A stretch of DNA of 64,000 bases from Candidatus Melainabacteria bacterium 17Bon1m (GCA_032128875.1 JAVLKG010000009.1:32001-96000); one strand, 5' to 3'; counted from the stretch's first letter, positions 29,405-39,849 are shown. Made by a program: numbers and translations. Notes: generated from the letters alone by a model not told the origin.

Positions 29405-32400
29405 CTATTCCATATATTTTTCGCGCGCTGCTTGTATCGCCGCTAAGGCTTCCTGAATCGCGTCGCGCATTGTAGCCAGCCCGTTGTCTGAAGCCTGGCG
29501 TGCGCCTTGCGAGTATTGGGTGCGCATACTGGTCAAATCTTGCTGTACTTGCTGACTGACCTGCTCGAGGCGGTCGCAGCCGCTGTCGATTGTGGTGATC
29601 AGCCCGGAAGTCGCTTGCTGCTTGATTTGTAGCACTCTGGTGTGCGCTGTGTTGCGTACTTCGGTCAATTGCGGGTCGGCATCTACAGACGACGTCTCAG
29701 CAAGCTTCTTGCAGATCTGCTCTGTCTCTTGAATTTGCTTTTCGGTGCTGGCGAGCGTCGCCGTCACTTCTGACGTGCATTTTTCAATGTGAGTGCTGGC
29801 GTCTTTGAAAATCTCTTCAAGACCGGCTTGCTGATTGCGTCCAACAGAATCGATGTTGGAGAGGCACTCGGTTACCAGATTGTGCAGCTGTCCTTTCGCC
29901 GCATTCAGGCTGGCTTCCAGTCCCTGCATTTGCGCATTCACTTGCAGTGCGGACTCTTCCGAGAAGCGGTGGCACATCTCTGTGGACATCGCTCGCAAGA
30001 TTTCCTTTCGCTCGTTGAGTTTGGGCAAAAGTGTCAAAGTGAGATGCTGTCTGGTTTTGCGCGAAAGGGTCAATTCTGCGGTGCGCACCTGATAGTTGAT
30101 AGTCTGCTCGAAATCTGATTTGGCTGACTTCAACTTGTCGCTAGACTTCTCATTGGTGCCTTCCAGCTCGTCCATCATCGAATTGACGCTGCGGTCGAGC
30201 AAGGCTGTGACAGTATTGGTTTCCTCGCCCATGCGCTCCTGGAAGCGCTGGAATCTGAGTTCGACCATGTTGACGAAGCCGTCGCCGGTATCTTTCAGTT
30301 TGTTGATGACGGCGTCGACCATTTGACCGACTTCTTGTGTGCGCTTATTGACGGTCTCCTGCATCTCTCTTTCGAGTCCGCGGGAAAGCGCTTCGGTGTC
30401 GGCTCTGAATTGCTTCGAGGCTTCACGCAGCTCTTCGTAGCGCAGATTGCGCTCTTCTTCTATCTGGCTCTGGCTGGTCGTGAGCAGTTGTTTGATTGTG
30501 TAGCGACCGTTGGCGGCGGCGTCCGAGATCTTCAAACGCACGTCTTCTGTGATGTTTTCCAATTGCTTGGTAAAACGTGTGCCGGTTTCTGCGAGCGAAG
30601 ATTCTGACTGCTTGTCGGATTCGCTGCTCTCGTTGGCGAGGCGCTCCATCTCGGCTGCTACGGCAGCCTTGATTTCTTCTACGCGGGAATTGAGTTTCTT
30701 CGCGGCTTTTGCCAATTGTTGTTCGAGTTTCTTTTGGAAACTTGCCATTTCCGCTGCGATTGCCGCTTGTTCTTCGGCCGTCGGTTTGCGTGGTGGTTTG
30801 GGAGCAGGCGGGGGTTCTGGTGCGGCTGGCTCTTCTGCAACAGTCTCTTCGACTGCAGGAGCCGATTCTTCAAGTGGGGGCTCGGCTGCAAGCGCCTCGA
30901 GAGCGGTTTGCGGAACCGCTTCTGCGACAACTTCTTCTGCGACTGGTTCGGCCGGTGCTTCTGCGACAGGCTCCGGCGCTACTTCCGGCTCCGGTAGCGG
31001 TGGTGGAGGAGGCGGAGGTGCCAGTGGTGCTAAGAACGGATTGCTGGCACTGATTGCCGGAGGCACAACTTGCGGCACTGGAACCGGTGCGGGCGCTGGA
31101 GCCGGAGCCTCTTCTGCCACAACCTCTGCAGCAGCTTCTGCCGGCACGATGTCTGCGGCGACTTCTGCCGTCGGCGCTTCGGCTTCAGTTGTTGCTACCG
31201 CTTCCGGAACAAATGGTTGCTCCCATGAATCTGCTGCCGGTTCTGCCGCCGGTGCTTCGCCAGGGGCTGCAGCCTCGCTGTATGAAGACGGTTCCTTGAA
31301 CGACTCTTGAAACTCTGCCCATCCTGGAGGAGTTTCTTGATCGGGCACAAAATTACTTTCGTACGATGCTCCTTGCGCATCAGACGACGCAAAATCAGAT
31401 GACGTCGTAGTTGTCGCGTAAGCCGCCGGCTCATCATAAGTAGATTGATTTTCTATCAAACCGCTCAAGGCTTCGGCGAGACCGGTTTCTTGTTGTTGGG
31501 CCGATGCCGGTAATACCTCTGATGGGGTTGGCGTATCCCAACTTTGCCATTCGTCGACTGACTGTTCTTCAGCGAGCGGGAAAAGCGGAGTCTGAGCGCC
31601 TGCGTCTGCAGTGTCTTCCGGTGTTTCCCACCCGAACAATTCTGCCGATTCTTGAGCTTGCCCTTGTGCTGCAGGCTGGGATGCAGGTGCTGCGGCCGCT
31701 TGTGCCGGGGCACCAGCGCTTCCTTGTTTGACTTTGGAAAGCTTGAGATTGAGCCTGTCGAAAAGTGAAAGGTTCGATTCGTCCACTGCGGGCGCCGCTT
31801 CTTCTGCTGGGGCTTCGGCGTAGGCAGCTGGCTCAGCTTGGTCGTAAACCTGCGGCTCTGCGTATTGCTGCGGTTCTGCGTGTTGCTGCTGATCTGCGTA
31901 TTGCTGATCTGCATACTGCTGGTCTGCATACTGCTGATCTGCATATTGCTGCTGCTCTGCATATTGCTGCTGATCTTCGTATTGAGGTTCGGCGTATTGC
32001 TGGTCTGAATATTCAGGTTGAGCGTATGCTTGTTCTGCGCTGCCGTCTTCTGCGTATGCGGTGGCCGCTTGGTCGGGCGCTGCCTCGCTGTATGCTTCGG
32101 CTTCAGGAGCGGCGGCTTGCGGTTGTGTGTATTCTGTATATTCTTGATACGCCTCCGCCGGTGGTGCCTCCGGTTCGGGGGCGGCGTATTCTGCTGCCGG
32201 TTCAGGCTCTGGAGCAGCCGGTTGAGCGGGCTCGGGCTTCTTGGGAGGTGCGCCGAATTGCTGGTAGATGCCTGTCTCGACTTGGAAAGCCACAGGATCT
32301 CCGCCGCTTTGCGGACGGATTGCTTGTGGGCGAATTTGCTGCGGTTGTCCACCACTTTTCACCGGTGGTGGCAAGAATGGCTGGCTGGGGGTGCCGATCG

Positions 32401-33688
32401 GCATCCATGGTTGTTCGCTCGCTTCGGCTGCCGGTGCCGCATTTGCTGACGTGTCGTTGCCTGCTGCGGAGGCGGCGAATGCAGCTGCCGCCGCTTGCGC
32501 CATATCCTGTACAGGTAATGCCGGTTGCTGTCCTGATGATGGTGCTGCGTTGTCGAACTTTCTAAAAGTGCCTGTATCCTCTACCGCCTTAAAGCCGGTC
32601 ATAGACTGACGTGGTGACTGACCGAGCGGTGCCGGGCGTGGCATATCGATTGCCGGCGGTGTTGCTGGTGGTGGCGCATCGAATGCTGAAGTCGCTTGCG
32701 GGAAATCAGGAACTTGCACCGGTGCATCAGGATTGAGGAAGGACGCGGCGGCTTGATCCATGCTGCCGGGCGCGGTCCATTGAGATGGTTGATTTGGAAA
32801 TGGTATTTCTTGTGCAGGTGGCTGCCACGTTTCAGGTATTGCGGCTTCGGGCACTTGCGGCTCGACCCATTGAGTCGGGTCGGACCAACCGCTGCCTGCT
32901 TCCACGCCTGCTTGTGGTGTTACATCTTCGTACTTCATTTGAGGCGGTGCCGAAGCCGCAGGCGATGCTGCAGCGCCTTCCGGACCCTGTCCCTCATTCG
33001 CGGCCACAGCCGGGTCACCAGGCAGTGGTTGGAAGCAAGTCTTCATCAGGACTTTATTTTTGTCTTCCTGGCGCCCTTCCGGAGCGAAAAGCAAATGGCA
33101 GACATTGCCGATATCGAGCACATGCTTCGTGGGCCCGCCTGTATTAATCGTCACGCCCAGGGCGGCAAGTAATGCTTGCGCTGGTTCCATCGCGCCAGTG
33201 TCGCCTGCTGCCAGGGTACGGCGCGAGCCGCCTTGCGTGTACTGAGTCGTGGCCATGGTGTCGAGCACCTGGGCTACTTGCGGATCGAGAGGTTGTGCGG
33301 TATTAGCTGCTACATATAAAAAGTCCCGACCATCCAAAATTGCTTTTCTTGCTTTTTCGAGCATCAACTGATCGACAAAGCGAGCATCGAATGCACTGGA
33401 TGTGATGTTGACTGCAAGCGGCTTGCCATCGGTAAAGTTGACGACAACAGACATATCTTTGACGCGATAGGTCTCGCCTTCATTGCCGGCTTCTTTCTTG
33501 CTGAACTGAGCCAACCCCGGCGGCGCGGCGATTGAATCCAGGCAGAAGATCAGCATGCCCGGAGCATACATCTTGCTCTCCTGAATCGCCCATTCTTCGG
33601 GCGTCTGGGGCTTGTTGGTACCATAACCGCGCAGGAAACCTTTTAGGTCCTGCAGGCGAATATGATGTTGTTTGAGCATCGAGTTCAT
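29405..33688 (-). CDS. Large protein: unknown N-terminal domain, long P/A/E/Q-rich disordered linker, C-terminal helical repeat domain
   Basis: 1427 aa ORF; about aa 1-225 globular-looking, about 225-970 low complexity, about 970-1427 amphipathic helical. Confidence 0.85.
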   Translation of the reverse strand: MNSMLKQHHIRLQDLKGFLRGYGTNKPQTPEEWAIQESKMYAPGMLIFCLDSIAAPPGLAQFSKKEAGNEGETYRVKDMSVVVNFTDGKPLAVNITSSAFDARFVDQLMLEKARKAILDGRDFLYVAANTAQPLDPQVAQVLDTMATTQYTQGGSRRTLAAGDTGAMEPAQALLAALGVTINTGGPTKHVLDIGNVCHLLFAPEGRQEDKNKVLMKTCFQPLPGDPAVAANEGQGPEGAAASPAASAPPQMKYEDVTPQAGVEAGSGWSDPTQWVEPQVPEAAIPETWQPPAQEIPFPNQPSQWTAPGSMDQAAASFLNPDAPVQVPDFPQATSAFDAPPPATPPAIDMPRPAPLGQSPRQSMTGFKAVEDTGTFRKFDNAAPSSGQQPALPVQDMAQAAAAAFAASAAGNDTSANAAPAAEASEQPWMPIGTPSQPFLPPPVKSGGQPQQIRPQAIRPQSGGDPVAFQVETGIYQQFGAPPKKPEPAQPAAPEPEPAAEYAAPEPEAPPAEAYQEYTEYTQPQAAAPEAEAYSEAAPDQAATAYAEDGSAEQAYAQPEYSDQQYAEPQYEDQQQYAEQQQYADQQYADQQYADQQYADQQQHAEPQQYAEPQVYDQAEPAAYAEAPAEEAAPAVDESNLSLFDRLNLKLSKVKQGSAGAPAQAAAAPASQPAAQGQAQESAELFGWETPEDTADAGAQTPLFPLAEEQSVDEWQSWDTPTPSEVLPASAQQQETGLAEALSGLIENQSTYDEPAAYATTTTSSDFASSDAQGASYESNFVPDQETPPGWAEFQESFKEPSSYSEAAAPGEAPAAEPAADSWEQPFVPEAVATTEAEAPTAEVAADIVPAEAAAEVVAEEAPAPAPAPVPVPQVVPPAISASNPFLAPLAPPPPPPPLPEPEVAPEPVAEAPAEPVAEEVVAEAVPQTALEALAAEPPLEESAPAVEETVAEEPAAPEPPPAPKPPRKPTAEEQAAIAAEMASFQKKLEQQLAKAAKKLNSRVEEIKAAVAAEMERLANESSESDKQSESSLAETGTRFTKQLENITEDVRLKISDAAANGRYTIKQLLTTSQSQIEEERNLRYEELREASKQFRADTEALSRGLEREMQETVNKRTQEVGQMVDAVINKLKDTGDGFVNMVELRFQRFQERMGEETNTVTALLDRSVNSMMDELEGTNEKSSDKLKSAKSDFEQTINYQVRTAELTLSRKTRQHLTLTLLPKLNERKEILRAMSTEMCHRFSEESALQVNAQMQGLEASLNAAKGQLHNLVTECLSNIDSVGRNQQAGLEEIFKDASTHIEKCTSEVTATLASTEKQIQETEQICKKLAETSSVDADPQLTEVRNTAHTRVLQIKQQATSGLITTIDSGCDRLEQVSQQVQQDLTSMRTQYSQGARQASDNGLATMRDAIQEALAAIQAAREKYME
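31862..32030 (-). repeat. Coding tandem repeats (QQYAD/QQYAE-type, mostly 15-nt units)
   Basis: Protein reads ...QQQYAEQQQYADQQYADQQYADQQYADQQQHAEPQQYAEP... Confidence 0.85.
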
Positions 33689-33702
33689 GTGCTAAGGCTT
33701 TC

Positions 33703-35127
33703 CTATTGGTTTTCGCGTTTTACGCGTCGGACGCGTGCCGACTCCTGACCTGGGTCGGGAGTGGCTGGTGTAGCAGCAGGTTCGGGGGGAGCAGGGGTTT
33801 TGCCGGCAGCGATCTCGATTTCATCGAGAGCATTCTTTTTATGTTGTGCCAGCTGGGTGAGGAAATTCTGGATGGAGCGTTGCAGTTCATCTGCTACCGC
33901 TTGCGCATCTGCCGTCATCTTGGTCTTCAGGCTTTCACCCATAGTGACGACTTCTCTTTCGGTGTCCTGGACAATTGTCTGGACACGATTGAGCGAGTCA
34001 TCTTTTAGCGTCATCAGTTTGCCTTCAAAAGTATCTCTGATGGTGTTGAGTTCGGTTTGAATGGTGGCAAAAATGGAGTCTTTCTCTGATTCTAGTTGTT
34101 CTCTTGAAGTCATTGTCTGCTTCATTTTGTCGTCGAGGCGCTTATTGAATTCGACCATTTGCGTATCGACTTGAGTGCGAATCTGCTCGCACTTCGCCTT
34201 GAGCGCTTCTTGAGCTTCGCCTGAAGCGACAACAAGAGCCGTTGACAGCTCTCTTGTTTCCTCTGTGAGTCTCATCGTGTTTGTTTCGTGCGTGCGACCC
34301 AAACCTTCCGTTACTGTAATTAGAGAATTCTTGAGGGTTTCAGCGTGCTCTGCAGATGTTTTTTCAAAGTCCCCTTTGAGATTTTGTTCGGTTTCTTTGC
34401 CGCGCGAATCAATTTCTCCCAGCACTCTTTCCATATCGCCGTCGAGAGCTTGCTCAGCATTTTGCGCTGCGGTCTCCAATGTTTTGTAATGAGCTTGCCC
34501 TTCAGCTTGGAGTTTTTGCATATGCTGAGAAAACTGCGTGTCAATGCCGGCTGCTCTCTGCATGTAGGTTTTGAACAAAGCACCGCTGAACTGTTTTTCA
34601 TCGCCTCTCGATTCCCAGAGGCAATGGTCCAATTTTTGCTGCAGTGAATTCATCACGAAAGTGCCGTGTGCTTTCAAATGCTTTGATGCGGAATTGTCTT
34701 GCTTTTCAATCTCCAGCTGCGACTCTTCGACGGATGCTTCAAATTCGTCTGTAGCTGTTTCGGAAATGAAATTGACTGACGCTTCATGGGTGCGCTTCAA
34801 TTCGACGATGGTTCCACGCAGTTTATCGGCAACCATTTTGAGGTCGCCATTTAAGACTTCAACATGCTTTTCGGTCTCTGTTATTTCTTCTTGCATCGTG
34901 TCTTTGATGCGCTGTACGATGCTATCCATAACTTTTCGCAAGTCTGCTTCAAACTCGGCGAAGCGCTCTTCAACCTTTCCGACAGCTTTCTCTTCGTCGC
35001 TGCGCCGGCCTTCGGCATGACTGTCAACGAGCTGTTTCAGCTTGGCTTTCAGTTCCGCCTCGAGCTCCGTCATCGACTTGGAGCCGCCATCGTAAACTTC
35101 CTGCAGATTCTTGCCGCCGAATGTCAT
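33703..35127 (-). CDS. Helical repeat (apolipoprotein-like/hendecad) protein
   Basis: 474 aa, nearly proline-free E/K/Q/L-rich body, short Pro-rich and basic tail; AAGGAG RBS. Confidence 0.85.
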   Translation of the reverse strand: MTFGGKNLQEVYDGGSKSMTELEAELKAKLKQLVDSHAEGRRSDEEKAVGKVEERFAEFEADLRKVMDSIVQRIKDTMQEEITETEKHVEVLNGDLKMVADKLRGTIVELKRTHEASVNFISETATDEFEASVEESQLEIEKQDNSASKHLKAHGTFVMNSLQQKLDHCLWESRGDEKQFSGALFKTYMQRAAGIDTQFSQHMQKLQAEGQAHYKTLETAAQNAEQALDGDMERVLGEIDSRGKETEQNLKGDFEKTSAEHAETLKNSLITVTEGLGRTHETNTMRLTEETRELSTALVVASGEAQEALKAKCEQIRTQVDTQMVEFNKRLDDKMKQTMTSREQLESEKDSIFATIQTELNTIRDTFEGKLMTLKDDSLNRVQTIVQDTEREVVTMGESLKTKMTADAQAVADELQRSIQNFLTQLAQHKKNALDEIEIAAGKTPAPPEPAATPATPDPGQESARVRRVKRENQ

Positions 35128-35182
35128 CTATCACTCCTTACTTCTTTATCGCAAATTCTGGCATCAATTCCGTCACGTTTCT

Positions 35183-36592
35183 CTAGTCGTCGCCTTCCAG
35201 GGAGAGCATGGCGCTGCGATAAGCTTTCACTGCCAGGGCTGCCGCTTTTCCGCGTTCGGAAATTTGCGGCAACTCGATATTCAAATCTGACAAACCATTA
35301 TTGAAGTTGCGCGTAACGCGATCCATTTCCTGATTCATCGTTTTTACTTGTTTTTCCATCGCCTCAACGGCGGCGTTCCTGATGTTTTCTATGCGCTCGT
35401 GATATCCGGCGCTCGAGCGCGAATACTCCGTCTCAATTTGTTCGACGTGGCGCTGGAATGACTTGATGACTTCATCGCCTCTGGCTTGCAGGCGCGATGA
35501 AAGCAATGTTCTCAATTCGCTCGTCGCAGCCGGTTTTGACCCGGAAGCCAAATTGCCTTCTTGCGCCAGAGCTGATTCATAACGCGAAAAGAGTCGGTCC
35601 ATGCGGTCGAAGTACTTCTTCTCCAGGCGTTTGAGAGAGCTGTAAAACAACTTGTGGCTGGCAGCGATCTTTGTAGATGCATCACCAGAAATATGTTCGA
35701 TTTCTTCGCGCACTTCCTGCGCTTTGCGATCGAGCTTCGTCTTGTGGACGCCCTCTTGTACTTCTTTGTCGGATTTGAGTTGCTCGGCGAATGTCGAATG
35801 AATTTCTTCCAGCGCTTTGCTGTATTCCTTCAAATTGGCAAAGAGGCGGTCGCGACCTTTTTCGGTGGCGGCGTCTACTTTCTGGCGACCCTCATGGGCT
35901 TTGTCTTTGAGGTCATCGCTGGCGGCCGTTACAGCATCTGTGAGATTGGTTATGACCGTTTGAATTTTGGTTTCGAACTGGCGGTTGTGCTCATCCAGCT
36001 TGTCTTCCACTGCGTGCTTGGACTCTTCGACAACCGATGAGATGCTGCGGTCAAATTCTTCGGCGCGCTCGGAGATGACCTTTTCCAGTCCTGATTCAGA
36101 TTCCTCTATTTTGTCTTTGCTGGCGCGTCCGATTTCTTTCACCACTTCCAATCTCGCATCGACGATTTCGTGCAAAATCGGTTTTGGCTCATTCATGTAG
36201 GATTTCAGCTCAGCAACTTGCTCTTCCACTAAGCGATTAATGGAATCGGTAGCCTGTTGGGCTTTTGCGTTGATTTGTTGGCGTATTTCTTTGGCTGTGG
36301 CGGTCAAAGTCTCAAGCTCTGTGCGCTCAAACTCCATCAACCGCTCGATAAACTCTTCTTTTTTGTTCGAAAGATCATCTACGTGACCGTCCAGCAAATT
36401 GCCGGATTGCTCGAAAAACTTCTTCAGGCGCCCCGCTAGAGCCTTTTCCAATCCTTCGGAATGCTCTTTGACTTGCGAAAGGCAGTCGCTGACTGTCCCT
36501 TCCAGCTCTTTGCTGGCTTTGTCCAGTGCCTCGATCATCAAATGCGCGGCAGAGCCAAAGTTCTCGGACTTGCCGGCCTCTTCGCTAGACAT
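35183..36592 (-). CDS. Helical repeat (apolipoprotein-like/hendecad) protein
   Basis: 469 aa; 11-residue hydrophobic periodicity (LSNKKEEFIER/LMEFERTELET/LTATAKEIRQQ/INAKAQQATDS/INRLVEEQVAE); AAGGAG RBS. Confidence 0.85.
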   Translation of the reverse strand: MSSEEAGKSENFGSAAHLMIEALDKASKELEGTVSDCLSQVKEHSEGLEKALAGRLKKFFEQSGNLLDGHVDDLSNKKEEFIERLMEFERTELETLTATAKEIRQQINAKAQQATDSINRLVEEQVAELKSYMNEPKPILHEIVDARLEVVKEIGRASKDKIEESESGLEKVISERAEEFDRSISSVVEESKHAVEDKLDEHNRQFETKIQTVITNLTDAVTAASDDLKDKAHEGRQKVDAATEKGRDRLFANLKEYSKALEEIHSTFAEQLKSDKEVQEGVHKTKLDRKAQEVREEIEHISGDASTKIAASHKLFYSSLKRLEKKYFDRMDRLFSRYESALAQEGNLASGSKPAATSELRTLLSSRLQARGDEVIKSFQRHVEQIETEYSRSSAGYHERIENIRNAAVEAMEKQVKTMNQEMDRVTRNFNNGLSDLNIELPQISERGKAAALAVKAYRSAMLSLEGDD

Positions 36593-36815
36593 GCATGCTC
36601 CTTCCCGAAAGGATTTCCAAGGGCTTACCCGCCCAAACGCCTACAAGGTTATGCCCCCTTTGAAAAATGACTAAGCATTTCTATAAACAAAGCTATGGCT
36701 GATAATTTCAGCCTTTTTAGGGCAGGGCACCCAGCACTTAAATATAACCGCTTGGCTGAACCGCTGGGGGCAACTAGCCTAGCGGGACAAGTATTTTCAC
36801 AACTGCCCGCGAAGC

Positions 36816-36838
36816 GTGGGGGCGCGTTGCACGCGTCC
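36816..36838 (+). repeat. REP-like family A copy
   Basis: GTGGGGGCGCGTTGCACGCGTCC between lpdA and the helical-protein operon. Confidence 0.8.
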
Positions 36839-36969
36839 AAAATTCTCTAAGACCGAAAGCCCATAGCGTGCTCTCCAGTTTTCAAGCGAAGCTGGGAGCC
36901 AAGCTGTCGCTGCAGTGTGGAATCTGCTTTTGCCTTGGTTCTCGACTCAATTTTTAAAGGAGCTGTCGG

Positions 36970-38427
36970 CTATTTGCCGGCCTTTTCCATGTCACGGGCA
37001 GCTTTGCGCTCGATGCGGCTGATGGCAGCCATCGACGCTTCCATTACCGTTTCCGACAGTGTCGGGTGCGGGTGAATGGCAACGACGAGGTCTTCGAGCA
37101 CCGCGCCCATCTCAATGGCGACTACCGCTTCGGCAATCAATTCGCCGGCCCGAGGTCCGACCATGCCGATGCCCAATACCTGGGTGGTTTCGGGATCGTA
37201 GATGACTTTGGTTTGCCCGATCGGTTCTGCCAGAGTCATGGCGCGACCCGATGCAGACCATGGGAATTTCGCGGCGCCGACTTCCTTGCCCTGTGCTTTG
37301 GCTTCGGTTTCGGTAATGCCGGCCCAGGCGATTTCAGGCTCGGTGAAAACAACCGCAGGGATGGCGCGATTGTCGAATGCCGAGGAGCGTCCAGCCAAAA
37401 CTTCCGCAGCCACCATGCCCTGGCGCATGGCTCTGTGTGCCAGCATCGGCTGACCGCTGACGTCGCCGATTGCCAGGATTTTCTTATCGGACGTGCGGCA
37501 TTGCGCGTCGACAGTGACAAATCCTTGGGCGTCAATGGTGACTTGAGTGTTTTCCAGTCCGATATTGTCGGAGTTGGGACGTCGACCGACGGCAATCAAG
37601 ACTTTCTCGAAAGTCATTTTTTCTGGAACATCTTTGCCTTCGAGCGTGACTTCAACGCCGTTTTTGACTTCTTCCAGGCTAAGAACTTTAGTCGAAAGGA
37701 AGATGTTTTTGAACTTGCCTGACAGATGTGTTGCCAGCGGTTTGACCAAGTCGCGGTCAACGCCTGGCAAGAGTCCATCGGTCATTTCAACTACCGTTAC
37801 TTCTGCACCGAGTGCATCATATACGGTGCCCATTTCCAATCCTATATAACCGCCACCAACGACGAGTAATGATTTAGGAACGGCGTCCAGCGCAAGTGCG
37901 CCCGTTGAATCGACGATGCGCGAAGACTGTTGATCCTTCTCGCTCTTGAACAGTTTTGGAATTACTGTCGGTCTGGAGCCGGTGGCCAGAATGCAGTGCT
38001 TGAACTTGATGCGCATGGCGCTTTCGCCAGGGCAATCGACACGCAAGCTCTTCGAGTCATTGAACTTCGCTTGCCCATGAACGATTTCCACTCCGCCTGA
38101 TTTGCACATGCCTACGATGCCTTGTGCAAGTTTGTCGGTGACGGAAGTCTTCCATGTGCGCAATTCTTCGACGTTCAATTTCGGCTCTGCAAAGTGCAGA
38201 CCGAATTTGCTTGCGCCTTTTGCCGTGTTGATTACCTCTGCTGCGTGGAGCAATGCCTTAGAAGGAATACAGCCCATATGGAGGCAAACGCCGCCTGGCT
38301 TGGGCATGGCATCAACAAGAATAGTCTTGATTCCGAGTTCTGCTGCTCTCAATGCTGCGGTGTATCCGCCTGGTCCCGCGCCGAGTACGACGAGGTCAAC
38401 CTCTTGCACCATCTCGCCTACAACCAT
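36970..38427 (-). CDS. lpdA: Dihydrolipoamide dehydrogenase (E3)
   Basis: GAGPGGY, GGVCLHMGCIPSK redox Cys pair, GGGYIGLE and HPHPTLSE. Confidence 0.96.
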   Translation of the reverse strand: MVVGEMVQEVDLVVLGAGPGGYTAALRAAELGIKTILVDAMPKPGGVCLHMGCIPSKALLHAAEVINTAKGASKFGLHFAEPKLNVEELRTWKTSVTDKLAQGIVGMCKSGGVEIVHGQAKFNDSKSLRVDCPGESAMRIKFKHCILATGSRPTVIPKLFKSEKDQQSSRIVDSTGALALDAVPKSLLVVGGGYIGLEMGTVYDALGAEVTVVEMTDGLLPGVDRDLVKPLATHLSGKFKNIFLSTKVLSLEEVKNGVEVTLEGKDVPEKMTFEKVLIAVGRRPNSDNIGLENTQVTIDAQGFVTVDAQCRTSDKKILAIGDVSGQPMLAHRAMRQGMVAAEVLAGRSSAFDNRAIPAVVFTEPEIAWAGITETEAKAQGKEVGAAKFPWSASGRAMTLAEPIGQTKVIYDPETTQVLGIGMVGPRAGELIAEAVVAIEMGAVLEDLVVAIHPHPTLSETVMEASMAAISRIERKAARDMEKAGK

Positions 38428-38430
38428 TGT

Positions 38431-39849
38431 CTATGCCTCCAGAAGCAGTGTGAATGGGTCTTCGAGTCTTTCGATGATGTGGCGGACAAAGTATGCCGCT
38501 TCGGCACCATCGGCGATGCGGTGGTCGAAAGACAAAGCCAAAGGCATGATTGTGCCGATTTCGATTTTGCCCTGTCTGACTACCGGCTTGTCGGCTGCTC
38601 TCGCCATGCCGAGAATCGCGCACTCAGGATAATTGATCATTGGTGACATACTGGTTCCACCGATGGCACCGATATTGGTGATGGTGAAGGTTCCGCCTTG
38701 CAGGCGATCGAGTTCGATCTTGCCGCTGCGGGTCTTTTCAGCGATGTCTTTCAATTCGCGAGCCAATTCGATGATCGACTTTTGGTCGACGTTCTTAATT
38801 ACCGGGACGATCAATCCACGCTCGGTCGCCACTGCAATACCGATATTGAAGTAGTGCTTGAAGACGATCTCGCCATTCTTTTCATCAAGGCTGGCATTGA
38901 ATTGAGGAAATTTCTTCAATCCGCTCACCACAGCTTTCAGAGTCAACACTGTCAGTGTCAAACGTCCGCCTTGCTCGTTTACCTTCGGATCGTGCTTGAC
39001 TCTCAAAGGTTCAAACGATGTTACGTCAGCTTCGTCAAAGTGCGTGACGTGCGGAATACGCGACCAAGAGATAGTCATGTTTTCTGCAATCTTTCGTCTG
39101 ATTGATTTGAGTGGAACTCTCTCTACCGCACCGTATTTGGTGAAGTCAGGCAAATCAGCAGCCGGTAATCCGCCACCACCGCCGAGGTCAAGCGGCTTTC
39201 TTTCTCCGTTTGTGTCTCCGTACTTGTCCTTCAAAGAGCAAGGCGGGACGCCCGTTGCCTTTGCCGGAGCCGAAGACGTTTGAGCTGTGGAAGTCGATGA
39301 AGTAGAACTCTGTGCTGTTGATGTTTGATGTCCGCTTTGGAAATGTCCTTCCAATTTGCCTGCCGCATAGCTGCGAACGTCTTCGTTTAAAACACGTCCA
39401 GCCGGACCGGACCCAGGCACTTGAGTGAGGTCTATGCCCAATTCTCTTGCTAGTCTGCGAACCGCAGGTGCTGCCGGAACCTTGCCGTTACCAATAGTGG
39501 TGCCACCAGAAGAACGAGCTTGAGGTGAGGAACTTACACCTGCGCCGACTACTTGTTTTTGCTCAGCTTTAGCTTCGGCCTTCGCTTCTTCTTTCGCTGG
39601 AGCCTTGGCGCCATCAGTGATGAAGGACATCATCACTTGTCCTGTTTTTACCGTTTGTCCGGCTTGGACGTTGACCTTCTCTACGACGCCTGCCACCGGG
39701 CATGGTATCTCTACCACGGCCTTGTCTGTTTCGACTTCCAAGATCGGTTGGTCTTCTTTGACCGTTTCGCCCTCTTTCACTTTCACGGCGATTACTTCCG
39801 CTTCGTGAATGCCTTCTCCAAGGTCCGGTAGTTTGAACTCAACTGACAT
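38431..39849 (-). CDS. 2-oxoacid dehydrogenase E2 dihydrolipoamide acyltransferase (one lipoyl domain)
   Basis: LPDLGEGI...VETDKA lipoyl domain, PAVRRLARELGIDL..V.GSGP.GR E3-binding domain, FDHRIADG catalytic motif. Confidence 0.95.
   Translation of the reverse strand: MSVEFKLPDLGEGIHEAEVIAVKVKEGETVKEDQPILEVETDKAVVEIPCPVAGVVEKVNVQAGQTVKTGQVMMSFITDGAKAPAKEEAKAEAKAEQKQVVGAGVSSSPQARSSGGTTIGNGKVPAAPAVRRLARELGIDLTQVPGSGPAGRVLNEDVRSYAAGKLEGHFQSGHQTSTAQSSTSSTSTAQTSSAPAKATGVPPCSLKDKYGDTNGERKPLDLGGGGGLPAADLPDFTKYGAVERVPLKSIRRKIAENMTISWSRIPHVTHFDEADVTSFEPLRVKHDPKVNEQGGRLTLTVLTLKAVVSGLKKFPQFNASLDEKNGEIVFKHYFNIGIAVATERGLIVPVIKNVDQKSIIELARELKDIAEKTRSGKIELDRLQGGTFTITNIGAIGGTSMSPMINYPECAILGMARAADKPVVRQGKIEIGTIMPLALSFDHRIADGAEAAYFVRHIIERLEDPFTLLLEA

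Noticed and set aside
30510-32565. Several 140-300 aa alternative-frame ORFs (30510..31310, 31465..32355, 31765..32565)
   Set aside because: Expected artefacts of the low-complexity, stop-poor linker of the 1427-aa gene.
29405-36592. Helical proteins as SMC/MukB, tape-measure or chemoreceptor genes
   Set aside because: No Walker motifs, hinge, TM segments, MCP hairpin signature or phage genes.
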